64,000 nt of DNA from Polyangiaceae bacterium (GTDB taxonomy: Bacteria > Myxococcota_A > Polyangia > Polyangiales > Polyangiaceae), in the NCBI GenBank assembly GCA_050287085.1, contig JBNKBE010000007.1, positions 64,001-128,000 of the forward strand. The letters are read 5' to 3'. The notes beneath the pieces were generated by a model. It saw only the letters and a program-made list of their open reading frames with translations, was not told the origin of the DNA and ran no database searches. Shown one piece after another: positions 33,770-48,866 of the stretch. Each line of letters starts with the position of its first letter. Within the stretch, counting starts at the first letter, position 1. Made by a program: the position numbers and the translations under genes.

Positions 33770-35953
33770 ATGACCGGTGCAGATGTCTATCCCTTCCAAG
33801 ACGCCGAACTAACGATTGCCGATCGAGTCGCGGACCTAATGCGCCGCTTGACGCCGGAGGAGAAGGCCGCCCAGCTTCTGCACCAGGCTCCAGCAATAGA
33901 GCGACTTTCAGTTCCGGCCTACAATTGGTGGAATGAGTGCCTGCATGGCGTTGCGCGCGCCGGTGTTGCCACCGTTTTTCCTCAGGCAATCTCTCTCGCG
34001 GCCATGTGGAACCTGCCCTTGTTGCGCCAAGTTGCAAGTGTCATCGCAGACGAGGCCCGGGCCAAGCACCACGAATTCGAGAGACAAGGGGATCGCGATC
34101 TGTATCGCGGTCTCACCTTTTGGGCGCCCAATGTGAACATATTCCGGGATCCCCGTTGGGGACGTGGACACGAGACCTACGGCGAATGCCCGTTCCTGTC
34201 CGCACGCTACGGCGTTGCCTTCTGTCAAGAACTACAAGGCAACGACCCGCACTACCTGAAGCTGGTCGCTACCCCCAAGCACTTTGCGGTCCACAGCGGT
34301 CCCGAAAGCCAACGCCACCATTTCGACGCCGTGGTCAGCGATCAGGATCTTCACGAGACCTACCTGCCAGCATTTCACGCGTGCGTGGTAGAGGGCGGCG
34401 CTCAGAGCGTGATGACCGCATACAATCGGCTGAATGGAGAGCCTTGCTCCAGCAACACGACCTTGATGCAGCACATTCTGAGAGAGGAGTGGGGATTCCA
34501 AGGATACGTGGTGAGCGACTGTTGGGCGGTGCGAGATCTGCACGAACACCACGACGTCACCCGGACGCCCCAAGAGTCCGCCGCGCGCGCGCTGCGAGCA
34601 GGCTGTGACCTCAACTGTGGCTGCAGCTATGAGCACTTGCCCGCAGCGCTGCGGGAGGGTCTGCTGCAAGAGAGCGACTTGGACCGAGCCCTCGAGCGTC
34701 TGCTGACCGCTCGGATGCAGCTCGGCATGTTTGATCCTCCCGAGATCGTTCCGCACGCGCACATCCCCTACGAAGTCAACGCATCCCCGGAACACCGGAC
34801 CGTCGCGCGACAAGCCGCCCGCGAGTCGCTCGTACTACTCAAGAACAACGGCATACTACCGCTGCAAACCACGCTCCGTTCGGTCGCAGTCATCGGACCC
34901 AACGCAGCAAGCGACGACGTTCTTATGGCCAACTACGCCGGAACTTCGTCCATCACGACAACACCCCTGGAAGGTATTCGTGCCGCCTTGGACGATTGTG
35001 CGCGCGTTCTCTACACAGAAGGTTGTCGGCGCTCGGGGACCGCTGTGGAGGGGCTAGACCGAGCTGAGAACATCACCGAAGCGCTAAGCCTTGCACGTCG
35101 GGCCGATGCGGTCGTGATGTGCCTCGGTCTTTCCGCAGAAATCGAAGGGGAGCAAGGTGACGACGGCAACTCAGAGGCGGGCGGCGACAAGACCAATCTG
35201 GACTTCCCCGGCCTGCAACATCAGCTCCTGCAACAGGTTGTGGCCTTGGGAAGACCGACGGTGTTGGTGGTCATTGCCGGAAGCCCCATGGACCTGAGCT
35301 GGGCCCATGAGCACGTGGACGCGATTGTCTTTGCTGGGTACGGCGGTCAAGAAGCGGGCGGAGCCATCGCAGACGTGCTCTTTGGCAAGAGCAGCCCGGC
35401 TGGGCGCCTTCCGATGACCTTCCCGCGGAGCCTTGATGACGTCCCTCCATTTGAGGACTACCAAATGACAGGGCGCACCTACCGCTTTGCGCAGGCCGCC
35501 GCGCTCTATCCCTTTGGCTATGGGCTTTCGTACAGTCGCTTCGAATACTCCGACCTGGTGCTGTCATCGACTGAAACCGACGCACGAACGAACATCGAGG
35601 TCCGAGCACGCGTACGCAACGTGGGCGCCGCTGCGAGCGACGAGGTCGTGCAACTATATGTCCGAGACGACGACGCCAGTTGTCGGACACCACATTGGAA
35701 TCTTCGTGGGTTTCAACGCATTCACCTAGCGCAAGGCGCCGAAACGGAAGTCTCGTTCACGCTGACGCCCGAGTCCTTTGCGCTCACCACCACGTCAGGC
35801 CAACGCGTTGTCGAAGCGGGTTCCTTTACCGTATACCTCGCCGGACAACAGCCTGATGCACGCAGTACAGAGCTCACGGGACAAGCACCGCTGGCCGCTC
35901 AGCTCAGAATCACCGAAACCCGCGAACTCCGTCTCGCACGCGTGGGTGCGTAG
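33770..35953 (+). CDS. Glycoside hydrolase family 3 (beta-xylosidase/glucosidase) with a C-terminal Fn3-like domain
   Basis: WWNECLHGVAR, FRDPRWGRGHETYGE, KHF, YVVSDC nucleophile motif, YPFGYGLSY, DEVVQLY. Confidence 0.93.
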   Translation: MTGADVYPFQDAELTIADRVADLMRRLTPEEKAAQLLHQAPAIERLSVPAYNWWNECLHGVARAGVATVFPQAISLAAMWNLPLLRQVASVIADEARAKHHEFERQGDRDLYRGLTFWAPNVNIFRDPRWGRGHETYGECPFLSARYGVAFCQELQGNDPHYLKLVATPKHFAVHSGPESQRHHFDAVVSDQDLHETYLPAFHACVVEGGAQSVMTAYNRLNGEPCSSNTTLMQHILREEWGFQGYVVSDCWAVRDLHEHHDVTRTPQESAARALRAGCDLNCGCSYEHLPAALREGLLQESDLDRALERLLTARMQLGMFDPPEIVPHAHIPYEVNASPEHRTVARQAARESLVLLKNNGILPLQTTLRSVAVIGPNAASDDVLMANYAGTSSITTTPLEGIRAALDDCARVLYTEGCRRSGTAVEGLDRAENITEALSLARRADAVVMCLGLSAEIEGEQGDDGNSEAGGDKTNLDFPGLQHQLLQQVVALGRPTVLVVIAGSPMDLSWAHEHVDAIVFAGYGGQEAGGAIADVLFGKSSPAGRLPMTFPRSLDDVPPFEDYQMTGRTYRFAQAAALYPFGYGLSYSRFEYSDLVLSSTETDARTNIEVRARVRNVGAAASDEVVQLYVRDDDASCRTPHWNLRGFQRIHLAQGAETEVSFTLTPESFALTTTSGQRVVEAGSFTVYLAGQQPDARSTELTGQAPLAAQLRITETRELRLARVGA

Positions 35954-35978
35954 AGTCGGATGCGCTACGCGCGCCGCC

Positions 35979-36422
35979 TCAGCGACGACGTTGGATCGGG
36001 GGAAGCTCTGGCAAGGGCAATTCAATACGCCAGTGACCCTCCTCGCGACGACACAATGCCTCAGTGCTCTGACGCTCCGAGTCCTCCCCCGTGATGGTCA
36101 CGCGAGCATGGTCGCCGCGCAGCTCAGCACTGAAGCGCGACGGCTCGAAGGCCAAGGCAAAACGAGACGGGACGAGCATTTCCTGGGGACCCACGGGTCG
36201 TCCGGTGACAGCGCTCGCGCGCTCAGCGCGTTCGACCAAGTTGGCTCTACTCGACTCGGCCAGCAGCTCGAATGCCCGCAGGCCCCGCTCTGGATCGCCG
36301 TGGACCGCGCGCATGCGATCGATGAAGGCCTCGACCACCCGCTCAGGGGTTTCGTCTACAGCGGCACGCTGACAACCCCCGATCCAAACGGCGGCGATTA
36401 GAACGGCTGCTCGCAAATGCAC
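35979..36422 (-). CDS. Hypothetical lipoprotein
   Basis: Lipobox IGGC; TPERVVEAF...EGHWRI resembles an NTF2-like/DUF4878 fold. Confidence 0.7.
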   Translation of the reverse strand: MHLRAAVLIAAVWIGGCQRAAVDETPERVVEAFIDRMRAVHGDPERGLRAFELLAESSRANLVERAERASAVTGRPVGPQEMLVPSRFALAFEPSRFSAELRGDHARVTITGEDSERQSTEALCRREEGHWRIELPLPELPPIQRRR

Positions 36423-36513
36423 AAGCGCTAGCTACCGAGACGAAATGTCTTTGGCAAGTTGTGAAGACCACACAAACTGGGCCCTCAGGGCGCGGATATC
36501 TATCCTAGCCCCC

Positions 36514-37530
36514 ATGAGCCTCGACCCGGTGCGGCTGGATCTATCCCCGACGAGTCCACACGTCCACGACAGCCTCGGACTGAGCCGCCTGCTGGAAGGT
36601 AACGAAAGCCTCCGCCTGGTGCATGGGGACAACTCCGCAGCGCTGCACCTGCTCAGCTCTTCACTTACTGAACAAGTGGCTCTGGCCTACGTCGATCCAC
36701 CCTTTCTGACTGAACGACGGCATGACTCGGTCACGAGAACTCGAACGTCCACGGGGATTCGGCGCACCAGCACTGCTGCCTTCGACGACCGCTGGGGGGG
36801 TCTAAGGCCTTACCTGGAAGCGCTTCGGACCAGGATTGGCCAGCTGCGTGAGACCTTGATGCCGTCGGGCAGCCTCGTGATCCACGTCGATCCCAAGACC
36901 AGCCACTATGTCAAGGTCATGTGCGACGAGATCTTCGGGCTCGAGAACTTCGCGAGCGAAATCGTGTGGCGCTACCGCCGCTGGCCTGCGAAGACGCCCA
37001 ACTTTCAGCGGGTGCACGACGTACTGCTCCGCTACGTCAAAGACTCCACCGTGCCGCCACGCTTCAATCAACTCTATGAACCCCTGGCCGAATCCACGCG
37101 GCGAACCTGGGGCTCCGGCAAACAGCGAGCGGTCGTAGGACCGGACGGGCGCCGAATCCGCTCGAGCACAACCGACGCGCCGAGCCCTGGTGTCCCCATG
37201 GGTGATGTCTGGGAAATCGGGATCGTCGCGCCGGTCGCGCGTGAACGCACCGGTTATCCGACCCAGAAGCCTCTGGCCTTGATCCGTCGCCTTGTCGCTG
37301 CCCTCACGCATCCCGGTGATTGGGTCCTCGATGCCTACGCCGGCAGCGGAACCACCCTTATTGCTGCCTCCGCAATGGAACGGCGCGTCATTGGGCTGGA
37401 CGAAAGCCCTGAGGCGATTCGGGTGATGCAGAGCCGTCTCGAATCCGAGGGGCTTGACTACACACTCGACCGCGTCACGGCCCGCCAGCTCTCGAAGACC
37501 CGCGCCTCGGCACGGCGAATGGCTGGGTAG
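36514..37530 (+). CDS. Site-specific DNA methyltransferase (N6-A/N4-C, beta class)
   Basis: YVDPPF catalytic motif, YPTQKP, VLDAYAGSGTT SAM motif. Confidence 0.9.
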   Translation: MSLDPVRLDLSPTSPHVHDSLGLSRLLEGNESLRLVHGDNSAALHLLSSSLTEQVALAYVDPPFLTERRHDSVTRTRTSTGIRRTSTAAFDDRWGGLRPYLEALRTRIGQLRETLMPSGSLVIHVDPKTSHYVKVMCDEIFGLENFASEIVWRYRRWPAKTPNFQRVHDVLLRYVKDSTVPPRFNQLYEPLAESTRRTWGSGKQRAVVGPDGRRIRSSTTDAPSPGVPMGDVWEIGIVAPVARERTGYPTQKPLALIRRLVAALTHPGDWVLDAYAGSGTTLIAASAMERRVIGLDESPEAIRVMQSRLESEGLDYTLDRVTARQLSKTRASARRMAG

Positions 37531-37540
37531 GCCGCGAGCC

Positions 37541-38320
37541 ATGAAACAGCGCACCAAGAAGATCCGCGCCGATATCGCGCTGGTAGAGCAGGGTCTGGCG
37601 GAGACTCGAACGCGAGCGCAGGCGTTGATCCTTGCTGGACAGGTCTTCCGCGATGAGACGCGGATCGAAAAGCCCGGTCTGCAGGTGGATCCTGACCTTC
37701 CACTGCGCCTGAAGGAGTCGCCTCGCTATGTCTCTCGCGGCGGCCTCAAGCTGGAATCGGCCCTAGATCAGCTCGATGTTACTGTTTCAGAACTGGTGTG
37801 CGCCGACGTTGGAGCGTCCACCGGTGGCTTCACTGACTGCCTCTTGCAGCGCGGGGCGCAACGTGTGTACGCCATCGACGTAGGTCGCGGACTACTGGCG
37901 CACAAGCTCGTAGGCGACGAGCGCGTGGTGGTCATGGATCAAACGAATGCACGCTTCCTGACTCGCGCCACCTTTCCGGAGCCGATTCAGCTGTGCGTCG
38001 TCGATGCTTCATTCATCAGCCTTGAGAAGCTACTGCCGGCTATCCGTGACTTCTTGGGAAGCGAAGGACAACTGATCGCCATGATCAAGCCTCAGTTCGA
38101 GGTTGGGCGTGAACAGGCGCGGCGAAGCAAAGGGGTAATCCGCGATCGCGACATGCGAAGTGCCGCGATCGAAGGGGTCAAGGCGGAGATGCACAAGCTC
38201 GGCTTTGAGCTGGTCGCTGCCTGCGACTCGAAAGTGGCCGGACCCAAAGGCAACGTGGAGCACTTTGTCTGGGCACGACTGCCTTCCACACCTCAGACCG
38301 CGAGCACCCAAATATCGTAG
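37541..38320 (+). CDS. tlyA: TlyA family rRNA methyltransferase
   Basis: S4 domain; YVSRGGLKL, DVGASTGGFTDCLLQ, DASFISL, IKPQFE, GPKGNVE. Confidence 0.95.
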   Translation: MKQRTKKIRADIALVEQGLAETRTRAQALILAGQVFRDETRIEKPGLQVDPDLPLRLKESPRYVSRGGLKLESALDQLDVTVSELVCADVGASTGGFTDCLLQRGAQRVYAIDVGRGLLAHKLVGDERVVVMDQTNARFLTRATFPEPIQLCVVDASFISLEKLLPAIRDFLGSEGQLIAMIKPQFEVGREQARRSKGVIRDRDMRSAAIEGVKAEMHKLGFELVAACDSKVAGPKGNVEHFVWARLPSTPQTASTQIS

Positions 38321-39045
38321 AGGGCGTGAGTCCAAACCGCCGGCGCAAAACCCCGGAACACGTAGATGACCGTGAAGACGAGCCCGCACACGGCGCGGAA
38401 CGTGAACGACCTGAAGTCCAGTGAATCACCCGTGGGTCCAACATAGTGCCACAGCGAAAACACCAAAGAACTCGTTAGCGCCCAGGCCAACCACACGAGA
38501 GGCCGTTGCCAACGCGCCAAGGGGAACAGCACGTTGAGCAGACGATAGCCCAGCGCAAACAGCCCTACTCGAAACGCGATCTCCTCGTAGAAGCCGGCGC
38601 CGCAAGACAGCACTATGCCCGTGAAGAAACCCGGCGACTCTTGCGCTGCAGCCAGCGAAATGCGCCCTACGACGTATCCCGCAAGCAAACGCATAGCGAC
38701 CGCATATACGACGGCCTCGACAATCAATGAGAGAAAGCTGGAACCGCGAAATGCTCGGCCCCGCCCGAGCAACACCAGCATGCCGACATAGACGCTTGCG
38801 ACACCCACGGTGAGGCCACCGTAGGCCACCATGTTGTAGTCCGAGAGCAGAACGAGCTGTCGAGTCATCCAATCCGCCGCATTGCGCACAGGCAGAAAGG
38901 CCACGCCGAGGTGATAGGCGACAAATAGGGGAAGGGTTAGACCCAAGTCTGTCCAGGGATTGCTCTTCGTCTTCTTGAGAAGATCTCGAGCGCCATTTGG
39001 GGTACCGTTTGGACCGGCGGATTCGCCCGTAGCAGTCTTGTTCAT
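38293..39045 (-). CDS. CPBP (CAAX/Abi) family intramembrane glutamic protease
   Basis: GFYEEIAFR, VFSLWHY, HALYD; multiple TM segments. Confidence 0.85.
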   Translation of the reverse strand: MNKTATGESAGPNGTPNGARDLLKKTKSNPWTDLGLTLPLFVAYHLGVAFLPVRNAADWMTRQLVLLSDYNMVAYGGLTVGVASVYVGMLVLLGRGRAFRGSSFLSLIVEAVVYAVAMRLLAGYVVGRISLAAAQESPGFFTGIVLSCGAGFYEEIAFRVGLFALGYRLLNVLFPLARWQRPLVWLAWALTSSLVFSLWHYVGPTGDSLDFRSFTFRAVCGLVFTVIYVFRGFAPAVWTHALYDIWVLAV

Positions 39046-39197
39046 AGCAGTGGCCCTGGGGTGCACCGAAAGTGGACGCCCTGGCGTTAGCACAGGCGCG
39101 TGGCTTGTCGCTAGTTCAAGCCATAGCGCCTCCGCAACCCGTCGCTCGCTTGCGCCGATCCTTGTCAAGAACTCGAATTCGAGGCACAGGCAGGTTC

Positions 39198-39962
39198 ATG
39201 GCTACTTACGCGCGCATTGAGCAACAAGGAGAAGCGGGGTGGGTGGAGGTCGAGGAGGCTTGCGCTTGGCGTCTGAGCGCTGCGCCCTGGGCCAAACCAA
39301 AACGAGTGAGTGAAGCGCTGGCTTGGGTCTCAATGGGCCCCAGTTTGCCGCCGGTAGCCCCGGGCAAGATCGTCGGCGTCGGAAAGAACTACCGTGCCCA
39401 TGCTCACGAAATGGGAGGGCAGGTCCCGAAAGAACCACTGCTATTCCTGAAGCCTTCCAGCAGCCTATTGCGTCATGAGGGTACGCTCACGCTGCCCGAG
39501 ATCAGTCAGCACGTGGAGTTCGAGGCGGAACTTGGAGTTGTCATCGGCCAAACCTGTCGACGCGTGGAAGCCGACGTCGCTCTGGAGTACGTGTTGGGTT
39601 ACGTACCGCTCTGTGATGTCACGGCGCGGGACCTGCAGAAACGCGATGGACAATGGGCCCGTGCCAAGGGCTGCGACGGCTTCTGTCCGGTCGGTCCAGT
39701 GCTTTCGACCGACATCGAAGACCACGCCAACCTCAGCATTCAGCTGTGGCAAAACGGGGAGCTCAAACAACACGGAAATACTCGCGATATGGTGTTCGAC
39801 GTGCCTACGCTGATCGCCTACATTTCCCAAGCCATGACGCTTGAACCAGGGGACCTGATTGCGACAGGAACCCCGGCCGGCGTGGGCCCCATCTGCCCCG
39901 GCGACCACATTGCGGTGGCCGTGGGTAATATGCCACGGCTCGAGTTCAACGCGGCCAGATGA
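39198..39962 (+). CDS. Fumarylacetoacetate hydrolase family protein
   Basis: VGKNYRAH, FLKP, EFEAELGVVI, DVTARDLQ, TLEPGDLIATGTPAGVG. Confidence 0.92.
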   Translation: MATYARIEQQGEAGWVEVEEACAWRLSAAPWAKPKRVSEALAWVSMGPSLPPVAPGKIVGVGKNYRAHAHEMGGQVPKEPLLFLKPSSSLLRHEGTLTLPEISQHVEFEAELGVVIGQTCRRVEADVALEYVLGYVPLCDVTARDLQKRDGQWARAKGCDGFCPVGPVLSTDIEDHANLSIQLWQNGELKQHGNTRDMVFDVPTLIAYISQAMTLEPGDLIATGTPAGVGPICPGDHIAVAVGNMPRLEFNAAR

Positions 39963-40822
39963 AGCTACTGCTCGGCGTGCTCTGCCTATGCCTGGTCTCG
40001 CTGGCAGTGTTGGCACTCCGACATAGGGACGCTCCTGCGCGGTGTAGCACGGGCTTCAAGGCGATGGCTGCGCGATGCTGTAGCCAGCACCAGCAACTGC
40101 AAGGCGGACACTGCACGCCGGAGCTCGTCCCGTGCGGCGAGGGAGTGCGGCCACCTTGTATTCCAATTCACCAACGGATCCAGATCCAGGCGGGAAGTCT
40201 GCGACTGGCATTCCATGATTGGCAATCAGAAGGTGTCGTACCAGATGGAGAAATCGTCACCCACGGATTCTATATCGACAGCTACGAACAAACAGTGGCG
40301 CAATACCAGCTATGTGTCGCACATGAACAGTGCGACGTGGCGCCGATCTACAACATAGAACCCGGCTTGCCCGTACGCGGTCTCACGGCAGCCCAAGCTG
40401 AGCAGCATTGCGCCTATCTCGGCGGACGCTTGCCCCTTCAGAAGGAATGGATTTTCGCTGCCGCCGGCCCGGGGGGGAACAAGTACCCCTGGGGATCCAC
40501 TGGGCTCGTCTGCCGCCGAGCCGTCTACGGATTGTCGGACGGTCCCTGCGGCCGCGGTGGGAATTCGCCCGACGCGGTCGCTTCTCGCCCGGACGGAAAG
40601 ACGCCTAGCGGCATCTTCGACCTTGTAGGCAACGTATCAGAGTGGGTGCGAACTGGGGACGCGTATTGGGCTATGGGCGGGTCCTACCGAAGTCAGTTGG
40701 CCTCCGAGCTCAAGACTTGGAGCGTGGAGAAGCAGGCTATCGCCGCGCCCCACATCGGGTATCGCTGTGCCTACGACGGTCCCAAAACTCCCTTGATCCG
40801 AAGCTCAGCGCCCATGCCCTAG
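39959..40822 (+). CDS. FGE-sulfatase (SUMF1/EgtB/PvdO) domain protein
   Basis: GGRLP..EW..AA, YPWG, IFDLVGNVSEW, IGYRCA; Cys-rich N-terminus; ATGA overlap with the upstream gene. Confidence 0.85.
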   Translation: MKLLLGVLCLCLVSLAVLALRHRDAPARCSTGFKAMAARCCSQHQQLQGGHCTPELVPCGEGVRPPCIPIHQRIQIQAGSLRLAFHDWQSEGVVPDGEIVTHGFYIDSYEQTVAQYQLCVAHEQCDVAPIYNIEPGLPVRGLTAAQAEQHCAYLGGRLPLQKEWIFAAAGPGGNKYPWGSTGLVCRRAVYGLSDGPCGRGGNSPDAVASRPDGKTPSGIFDLVGNVSEWVRTGDAYWAMGGSYRSQLASELKTWSVEKQAIAAPHIGYRCAYDGPKTPLIRSSAPMP

Positions 40823-40879
40823 CGATCGCAAGGCGCCGATTTCCCGCAGCCAAGCACACGCTTGCGCTATGACTACACC

Positions 40880-42109
40880 ATGTCCGTCGCGATACTGTCC
40901 ATTGGAACGGAGCTTACACGCGGGGAGGTCATCAACTCCAACGCGGCATGGCTGGGTGATGCCGTTTCGACCCTCGGAGTCGAGGTTGCAATCCATGAAG
41001 TGATCCCAGATGACATCGACGTCATCGTGGCCACTCTGAGCCAGCTATCAACGCGCGTAACCACCATCCTCTGCACGGGGGGGCTGGGACCTACCACGGA
41101 TGACCTCACCTCTGAAGCCGTAGCGAAGTTTCTCGCTGTACCTATGGTACGAGATGCCGACAGCGAAGCCCACATTCGGCAGCGCTACGCCAAACACGGC
41201 TTCACGCCGTCGGAGTCCAACTTCAAACAAGCTGACTTTCCTCGTGGAGCCACCATCCTTCCCAATGCTTGGGGTACGGCTCCGGCATTCTCCATCGGCA
41301 TTGGCGCTGCCACGGGGTATTTCTTTCCGGGTGTTCCCGTTGAGATGCGCCGATTGGCAGAGAAGTACGCCCTGCCCAATCTAGCGGCGGACACCGAGGG
41401 TCATATCGCAACCGACTACCTACAGGTATTCGGCATTCCCGAATCCCAGCTCAATGACAACCTGGAAGGTATCGAACAGGAATTTGGCGTGACCATCGGC
41501 TATCGCGCTTCTTTCCCGAAGGCGGAGGTCAAGACCCTGGCTCGTCGCCCGAGCGCAAGTGATGCCAAAGTCGCAGCGGCCGCGGCGGCCGACGCAATCG
41601 CAAGGCGATTGGGATCCCTGGTATTTCATCGAGGGCAGAAGACGCTGGCCGCGGCCGTCGGCGATATCCTTATGGAGCGTGGTCTCAGCCTGGGGCTGGC
41701 GGAATCGTGCACAGGAGGCCTCATCTCCTCACTGATCACGGCCCAACCTTGCAGCGACTACTTCCGTGGCGCCATTGTTTGCTACGACAATCAGCTCAAG
41801 CATGACCTGCTTCAGGTGCAGGAATCGACGATAGCTGATCACGGCGTGGTGAGCTCCGCTGTAGTTCGCGAAATGGCGACAAGCGCCCGCCGGGTCCTTC
41901 AATGCGACGTGGCGATCGCCGTGTCTGGCATCGCGGGACCCAGCGGTGGAACTGAATCGAAGCCCGTTGGGCTGGTGCATTGGGGCGTGGCCACGCCCGA
42001 TGCAGTCCAGACCAACCAACGTGTGTTTCATGGCGATCGCGAGCGGATTCAGCGCTGGGCAGCCTTTTCTGCGCTGGACTCGCTGCGGCTCATGTTGACG
42101 AACAAGTAG
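40880..42109 (+). CDS. cinA: Competence/damage-inducible protein CinA (MoCF + NMN deamidase)
   Basis: SIGTELTRG...NSN, TGGLGPTTDDLT, FPGVPVEM, AESCTGG, SGIAGPSGG..KPVG. Confidence 0.93.
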   Translation: MSVAILSIGTELTRGEVINSNAAWLGDAVSTLGVEVAIHEVIPDDIDVIVATLSQLSTRVTTILCTGGLGPTTDDLTSEAVAKFLAVPMVRDADSEAHIRQRYAKHGFTPSESNFKQADFPRGATILPNAWGTAPAFSIGIGAATGYFFPGVPVEMRRLAEKYALPNLAADTEGHIATDYLQVFGIPESQLNDNLEGIEQEFGVTIGYRASFPKAEVKTLARRPSASDAKVAAAAAADAIARRLGSLVFHRGQKTLAAAVGDILMERGLSLGLAESCTGGLISSLITAQPCSDYFRGAIVCYDNQLKHDLLQVQESTIADHGVVSSAVVREMATSARRVLQCDVAIAVSGIAGPSGGTESKPVGLVHWGVATPDAVQTNQRVFHGDRERIQRWAAFSALDSLRLMLTNK

Positions 42110-42133
42110 GCCGGCGCAGGCTCTGCTCCAGAC

Positions 42134-44797
<2,664 letters not shown>

Positions 44798-45022
44798 GTG
44801 TGCCTCGCCCTTTCTATGCACGGGCGCCCGGGACCACAGGCTAGCGCCGGATCACATCCAGGCCCTCGGAGCGCCACTCGCGCCAGAAGAAGGTGTGTCG
44901 CGGGACTCAGATGTCCACCCTGTCCTCGCTTTTTTGTTCAAGACGAGGACAGACGCGGACGCCGCGCGCGTTCTTTGCGCACGGCACACCCCTCCAACCC
45001 GCAATTCGAGGCCCCAAATTTG

Positions 45023-45052
45023 AGGCCCCCCAACTCCAGGCTTCTGGGGGCC
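45023..45052 (-). terminator. Hairpin downstream of gyrB
   Basis: AGGCCCCC...GGGGGCCT inverted repeat just after the gyrB stop. Confidence 0.45.
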
Positions 45053-45065
45053 TGCTCGTATCCGC

Positions 45066-47582
<2,517 letters not shown>

Positions 47583-47588
47583 TCATTG

Positions 47589-48725
47589 TCACCCTTCGGC
47601 GAGCGCACCGCCCGTAGCAGCTGAGCTCGCGGAGGGGGTCAGGGCACCCTTGCACACGCGAAAATCGGCGCGTTCTGAATCGCTGAGGCCGGGAGTCTTG
47701 AATAGGTCGGGACGAGTGGTGGTGACTACAACTTGGCTCTCACTGCGCCGAACGAAGTCATATACAGCTCCAGTGCGTGTGGGATCGAGCTCGCTTGAAA
47801 CATCGTCCAGCAGGAGGATGGGCTGAGTACCGCGTGCGGCGCGAATGCAGTCTAACTCTGCCGCTTTGAGAGCGAGCGTCAGTATGCGCTGCTGCCCCTG
47901 GGACGCGTGGCGCCGAGCGGGTCTTCCCTCCAAGAGCAGAAGAACATCGTCCTTTCCAGGCCCGAAGCTCGTCGAACGCGAGCGGCGGTCGCGTTCGCGT
48001 CGGGAGCGTAGCTCTCTGCGACAGACATCGACGTCGATCGAGCTGGCCGGGGCATATCGTAGCTCCAGCGTCACGGAACTTGGCGCCATCGAGGCAAAAG
48101 CGGGTTGCAGAGCCTCTCTCAAGGAGTCGGCCGCTTGTTGCCTAGCTCGCGTCAGGCTTGCCCCGTGTTCGGCCATCAGCGACTCGAAGATCTCCGCCTC
48201 CCTTGAACTGCCAAGTTCAAGCGCTCGCTGACGCTCGCGTTGAGCTCGGGTATAGCGTGCGCGATGGTCTCCGCTGATCGGGTCGATGAACAGCGCTATG
48301 CGATCGAGCAGTTTGCGGCGTTTGGTAGCGGACCCGGAGACCAACTCTAGATCTCCCGGATGAAAAACCACCACGGGGGTCTGTACGGCATAGCTGGATA
48401 GGCGACTGACCTTTTGCTCATCGACATAGACGGTTCTTCGAGCGTTCTCGATGACGGCACGCTGTCTTCTGACAACACCATCCTCGCACAGCTTGCCCTC
48501 TACGAGGGTCGACCCTGAAGCATCGTCCTTTGCGATCTCAGCCAGCTTCTCAGCGCGAAAACTTCGGCTGGTTGCTAGAAAGTAGAGGCCTTCCAGCAGA
48601 CTCGTCTTGCCCTGCCCGTTATCGCCGCTGATGACATTCACTCGCGGCGCAAGCTCGAGCACCACGTCGGCGATGTTGCGGAATGCTACTACACGGAGCC
48701 GATCTATTCGAAGGTGGAGAGGCAT
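47589..48725 (-). CDS. recF: DNA replication/repair protein RecF
   Basis: FRN, GDNGQGKTSLLE, SFR, ASQGQQR, LLLDDVSSELD. Confidence 0.95.
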   Translation of the reverse strand: MPLHLRIDRLRVVAFRNIADVVLELAPRVNVISGDNGQGKTSLLEGLYFLATSRSFRAEKLAEIAKDDASGSTLVEGKLCEDGVVRRQRAVIENARRTVYVDEQKVSRLSSYAVQTPVVVFHPGDLELVSGSATKRRKLLDRIALFIDPISGDHRARYTRAQRERQRALELGSSREAEIFESLMAEHGASLTRARQQAADSLREALQPAFASMAPSSVTLELRYAPASSIDVDVCRRELRSRRERDRRSRSTSFGPGKDDVLLLLEGRPARRHASQGQQRILTLALKAAELDCIRAARGTQPILLLDDVSSELDPTRTGAVYDFVRRSESQVVVTTTRPDLFKTPGLSDSERADFRVCKGALTPSASSAATGGALAEG

Positions 48726-48866
48726 GGCGCAGTGGAATGCCGAGTTTCTAGCGGTGGCAGCGATAAGCTGGCGGGCTTCGTTCACACACCGCCGAGCAGC
48801 TGCTGTGCTACCTCTTGCATGGTCTCCGTTATGAGACGACGCTGGTTGTCTATTGGCTCAGTCAAC

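Noticed and set aside
36514..39045. Methyltransferase plus CPBP/Abi protein as a phage-defence island
   Set aside because: No nuclease or mobility genes; CPBP is a common membrane protease family; neighbours are housekeeping genes
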